Assembly (NCBI GenBank): GCA_032718475.1
Contig: JAUCBJ010006410.1
Span: 16,443 to 80,442, forward strand
Origin: Nemertoderma westbladi
Taxonomy: Eukaryota; Animalia; Xenacoelomorpha
DNA length: 64,000 bases
Direction of reading: 5' to 3'
In this document: positions 59,755 to 64,000 of the stretch, piece after piece
How the letters are laid out: each line of letters starts with the position of its first letter
Position numbering within the stretch: the first letter of the stretch is position 1
Notes under the pieces: generated by a model
The model's database searches: none
What the model was told of the DNA's origin: nothing
What the model saw: only the letters and a program-made list of their open reading frames with translations
Made by a program: the position numbers and the translations under genes

Positions 59755-60699
59755 CGTCCAGTCGGGATTGTTGCATTGTAATATAGTTAGGTAGGTATTG
59801 TATTATATTAACTGTGTATTTTGTGTTTGTTCACTACTAATGGTTGGACGGGACAGTCGATCGGAATCTTCAAACATCCCAAAACCGAAGCCAATTGGGC
59901 TAAACAATGGCGTCCGGCACTCTTATACAATCCATGCATCCAAATATATAATATTTGTCATATAATAATTTGAGATTAAAACACATCACTTAACTTTGCA
60001 TGGGATAGCTCAAGAGGCAAATCAATATATAATTACATATTATGCTGTTTCTAGTTACATACTTTTTGCTTTTGGACATTTCTAAAATATTTTTTACTTA
60101 AATTGTGCCCTTGTTATGTATAATGCCAGGCATTTTTTTTTGGTTAGCACTTACCGAATAACAAGATATATCATAACCATTTTTTCGAAGAAATAAGACA
60201 GATGATTATTTCCTTCTGGGCACACTGAATGAATGGCTTGTTTCTTTTTTTCCCATCTGTATGTGCCTTGGATAAGGGCCTTTCATAGGGTTAAAATAGA
60301 CACAGTACCATTCATGTATGATTGCTTTTCTACTAATTACTATTTGGCGAACCGCATAAATTTTCACCCCATATTTGTGTAAAAAATACGTTGCCTTTTT
60401 TTATAATGCAGATTTTCTCCAATTTATGTTTGATGATGACGTTTAATGTTCATTAAATACAATTTTCAATTAGATTTCAGATAATACAAAATATATATAA
60501 ATTCCTGGAAATTTGACAAATTATGACAAAAACTTAAAATTTTAACCCTAATGTCTTACACTCAAAACGAAATTAACATAAAATTCAATATCATTGTTTT
60601 GTTACATGTTTCTCTCTGAATGTTAAATATTAGGTAAGTAAAATATGGTTTGTCTAAATGTTGGTCTAAATTTGTCTAAATATTACCCGGTAATCAATC

Positions 60700-63150
60700 A
60701 AGATGTTATCCATAAAATTATTTTATACTTCTTTCGGCTTTCCCCTGCAAAGTTTAAAGTGTTCATCTCACTAAAAATAGGATGGATGCGAAGGATGGCA
60801 ATGCTAGGATGAAAAATAAAATAAATCATCGCGATAAGGAAGTTTCAAATAACGGACAATATATATACTTTTGCATCGTTAATAATTTGAACCAGAAGTA
60901 GGTACTTCCAAAGCACCGTGACGCAGCTATCACACACGGGGTTGATGCGATTCCGAATTGAGGTTTGTGTCGGTGGGAGATTCGAATACAATATGATACG
61001 GTTTATCTTGTCTGTCATGGTCTGTATATGCGTCATCGATAGTATTTGTAGTCGAGTTAACTGGTTAATCGCAGCTATCTCTATATGGGAATCGTCCCTT
61101 TCTTTAGTGTCATCTGAAACTTCATGGTTTATTAAGTCTTAATTTAAATTATAATGAATATTCACTAACAGCGATACATTTAAATTGTGAAAGGGATGTA
61201 AATAAATTTATGTTTAATTGACAGTTGAAATATATTCACAAATCTAGTTTCAAACAAATTTCGAGTAAAAACCCTGATTCTCATAATATTATTTAAATAA
61301 AGTGATTCACGAAATAATATAAAATAATGTTACAATTATATATAAATGTTTTTTTTAACGTTAATAAAAAAATTTAAAATACAGAATTTCTTTACACACA
61401 ACCCCTCTTTTTAACAGCATAATGTCATCATTTGGATTATTTACATCCCTTTTGAAGACCACCGAAGTCACTCTGTAAATATATACCCGCAGAAATTTCA
61501 TTTTCAACTTTACACCAATTTTATATAGTCCAGTTCCTTCTGTCTTATTAAATGATCCTTGTTTATGTTTTCTCACATTTTAATTTTATATTTAAATATA
61601 TTTCAGACTAAATTTATGCATCTCATCTGTGATGCAACGAAAGGGGGCCCATTACTGAGTACCATTGGTTATTTATTACCTGTAACTTTATCATTTTGCA
61701 TATTCAATACTTTCTTTTTTTCAATCATTTTCTTAATTGTCGACAAATTTAATACTAATAATAAACACACAAATACATTTCAAAAGTTTGGTTACTTTTG
61801 TGAGTAAATAATGAATATGCTTCCATATCTATAGCTTATATATGTAAAAATTATCCTTGGGAGATATTTTAACCGACAGCAGGAACTGCACAATATATTG
61901 TTATCTGATAGTTAACTGCACTAAATTTTGTATCAACGTTTATTTATCCATCCGTAAAATGATGTCATGCAAATTTTATTTCAAATATGTGTACTTTATT
62001 GTTGATGTCTTTTTACTCCGGGTTAAAGAATCATCCGCGATGATGGACAAATTTCAAAGCTGAAGAAATTCAACTCTAAATCATTCTGTTACTCTATAGA
62101 AAGTCGGCATTTAAATATAATGATAAACTGCTTATTATCATCATCTTGATTGTCAACATAATATTCTCCAGATTACATTTGATTACATTTGATTTTGTTT
62201 TCATTCTTATATATATACTGGTACTACATAAAAATCAGTTAAAATGCATGGGGGTAAATGCAAAATCGTAGTTTATAGTTTACTTATATTATGTTGTCTT
62301 AAAGTTGTATAAATAAGATGGAAACACACACTTTATTCAATATCAGATTAAATTATAATAAATGTGTTTAATTCTTTCTTATTTCATGGTGTTAAATGTG
62401 TGACTTTAAATGATTGTGAAAGGATTCTGAGGATTGTAATAAATTGTTACTATTATTACAAGTTAGATTACTAATTGATGGATTGCTGTAATATATAAAC
62501 ATAAAGTATGCCAACATTTATAATATTTTTTTGTCGCTCACAGCTTTTTGTAAAGTCGGCAATGACATCCACGTGGGATCGAACAGCTGACCTCTGGGTT
62601 GGAAGTCTGGCGTTCTAACCCCACCTGGACGTCATTGCCGACTTTGCAAAAAGTTGTGAGCAACAAAAAGTTATAATAATATGCAACCACTCATTCACCC
62701 ATAACATCAATAATAAATTATAAACATTTATAATAAAGTGCTTGAAATGCCATGTGGACGGGTACGTAACTCGAAAATTAAAACTTTTTTTGGGTCAGAC
62801 AAGGCGCGTTATTAAATAAAGTTAGAAGTGTAGAACCTTCCGCACGTAGTTGTATCTCAGGAAGACGACGATATTCTGATATCCGGATGTGTAATTTTAC
62901 AACGACGGTGGTTCGGTTTATCTCGGATTTCGGCTAACTGCTCCAATCCTCGTATCACTTATCTCGTATCATCTCGTATCTGGGGCTTCGAGATTTGAAT
63001 CAATCAATGTGTCTCTTTGAAATAGTCACGCCGTTATTCTAGGGTAGTAATAATAGACTGAAGCCACCGCCACGAGAAGATGCCACGAGGATACTATGAT
63101 TCGGAATCTCCGATTATACTAATAACTCCTACAAGAAATGTGATGGTTCG
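60700..63150 (-). pseudogene. Possible decayed cyclic-nucleotide-binding ion-channel sequence
   Basis: Fragmentary minus-strand peptides: hydrophobic SWHLLVAVASVYYY and LWKYLLLVQIIND, S4-like VFLRYNYVRK, CNBD-like KMKFLRVYIYRVTSVVFKRD...IMLLKRGVV; many stops. Confidence 0.22.
62526..62670 (-). mobile_element. 145-bp inverted-repeat element with a tRNA-like core
   Basis: ~44-bp inverted arms (TTTTGTCGCTCACAGCTTTTTGTAAAGTCGGCAATGACATCCA and its complement); core on - strand has GGTTAGAACG, a CTTCCAA loop and GTTCGATCCC; flanked by TTATAATA on both sides. Confidence 0.7.
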
Positions 63151-64000
63151 ATATATTGATGTTGTATTATTATACAAATTTTATTTCAAATTATTTGCTT
63201 TGAAACACAGCCACGCTGTTTAGTTATATATGAGAAATCAAATATCCATATTCAATAAAATGGTAAAGTTGTATTATTTTTATTACTCATCATCATCGTG
63301 CCTGCACGGTACTTCACATAGCGTGCCATTTGATGGTCTCCGGTGGGAGTTTGGATTTGACATGACCAAATTGGTTTACTACGGAAGATCCGCAGTGGGC
63401 ACACCTGAGCGGGTGTGGGCTACTCGGAATCCGACGAGGTGGTGCACATATTGACATTTGGCGTATGTACATTTCTTACAGTAGGGGCCACTGGGTTAAG
63501 AGTTTTTACGGTATACTTAATATGATAGCATAAAGAAGAAAGTGTTGGCCTGAAAAATAAATCTGAAAAATAAAACTGGAAAATAAATAGATAAAGTTAC
63601 CCTTTGTCTCTCTCAAGTTGATCTGGATTGGGGCAATGTGAACACTCCTGCAATAATTCAGGTGGTTTGATGAGACTGCTTAAGGGGGTGGGGGGGGGGG
63701 GGGGGGGGGGGCAGCTTCAAGTCTTGTGAATAGTGTAGTCTTGGTTAATTTTTTAATTATACTGTATTCATCCCTATTATTATATTATTCCTATTTGTAT
63801 TCCTGGCTGCCTAATCGTTTATCGCTTGTTTAAATCGATTTATTTATAATGTATTATTATTTTTAGTTATTTCTGTGTAGTTTAATTATAGTATTGACTT
63901 TAGTTTAATATGAAACTTACTATTTATAGATCTTTGATGAGGTTTCTGTATCCCTTCTTATCTTGAGCAAATTAAACAGCTTCCTTGAGGTTTATACCTA

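Overview
AT-rich, transposon-dense eukaryotic DNA, most likely from an invertebrate animal; the species cannot be identified from this window. Four host genes lie on the + strand as long uninterrupted ORFs: PIGQ/GPI1, lebercilin (LCA5 family, with an RFX X-box and a forkhead site upstream), FANCI (single 4-kb ORF) and an RBM12-like multi-RRM protein. The first 6.7 kb look like the 3' part of an LTR retrotransposon whose extra ORF encodes a DEDDy 3'-5' exonuclease plus CCHC zinc knuckles, broken by one frameshift and one in-frame stop. The rest is nested non-autonomous DNA transposons (hAT-like with 8-bp and 5-bp TSDs, piggyBac-like, Kolobok-like, foldbacks), LINE fragments and tandem repeats. 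The most unusual signal is a set of tRNA-derived Pol III-type units carrying minimal type I hammerhead ribozymes. Two tandem copies near 52 kb have the ribozyme between the A and B boxes, replacing the anticodon arm; one at 9.9 kb has it directly after the B box. All calls were made by eye, and no database search or folding program was run.
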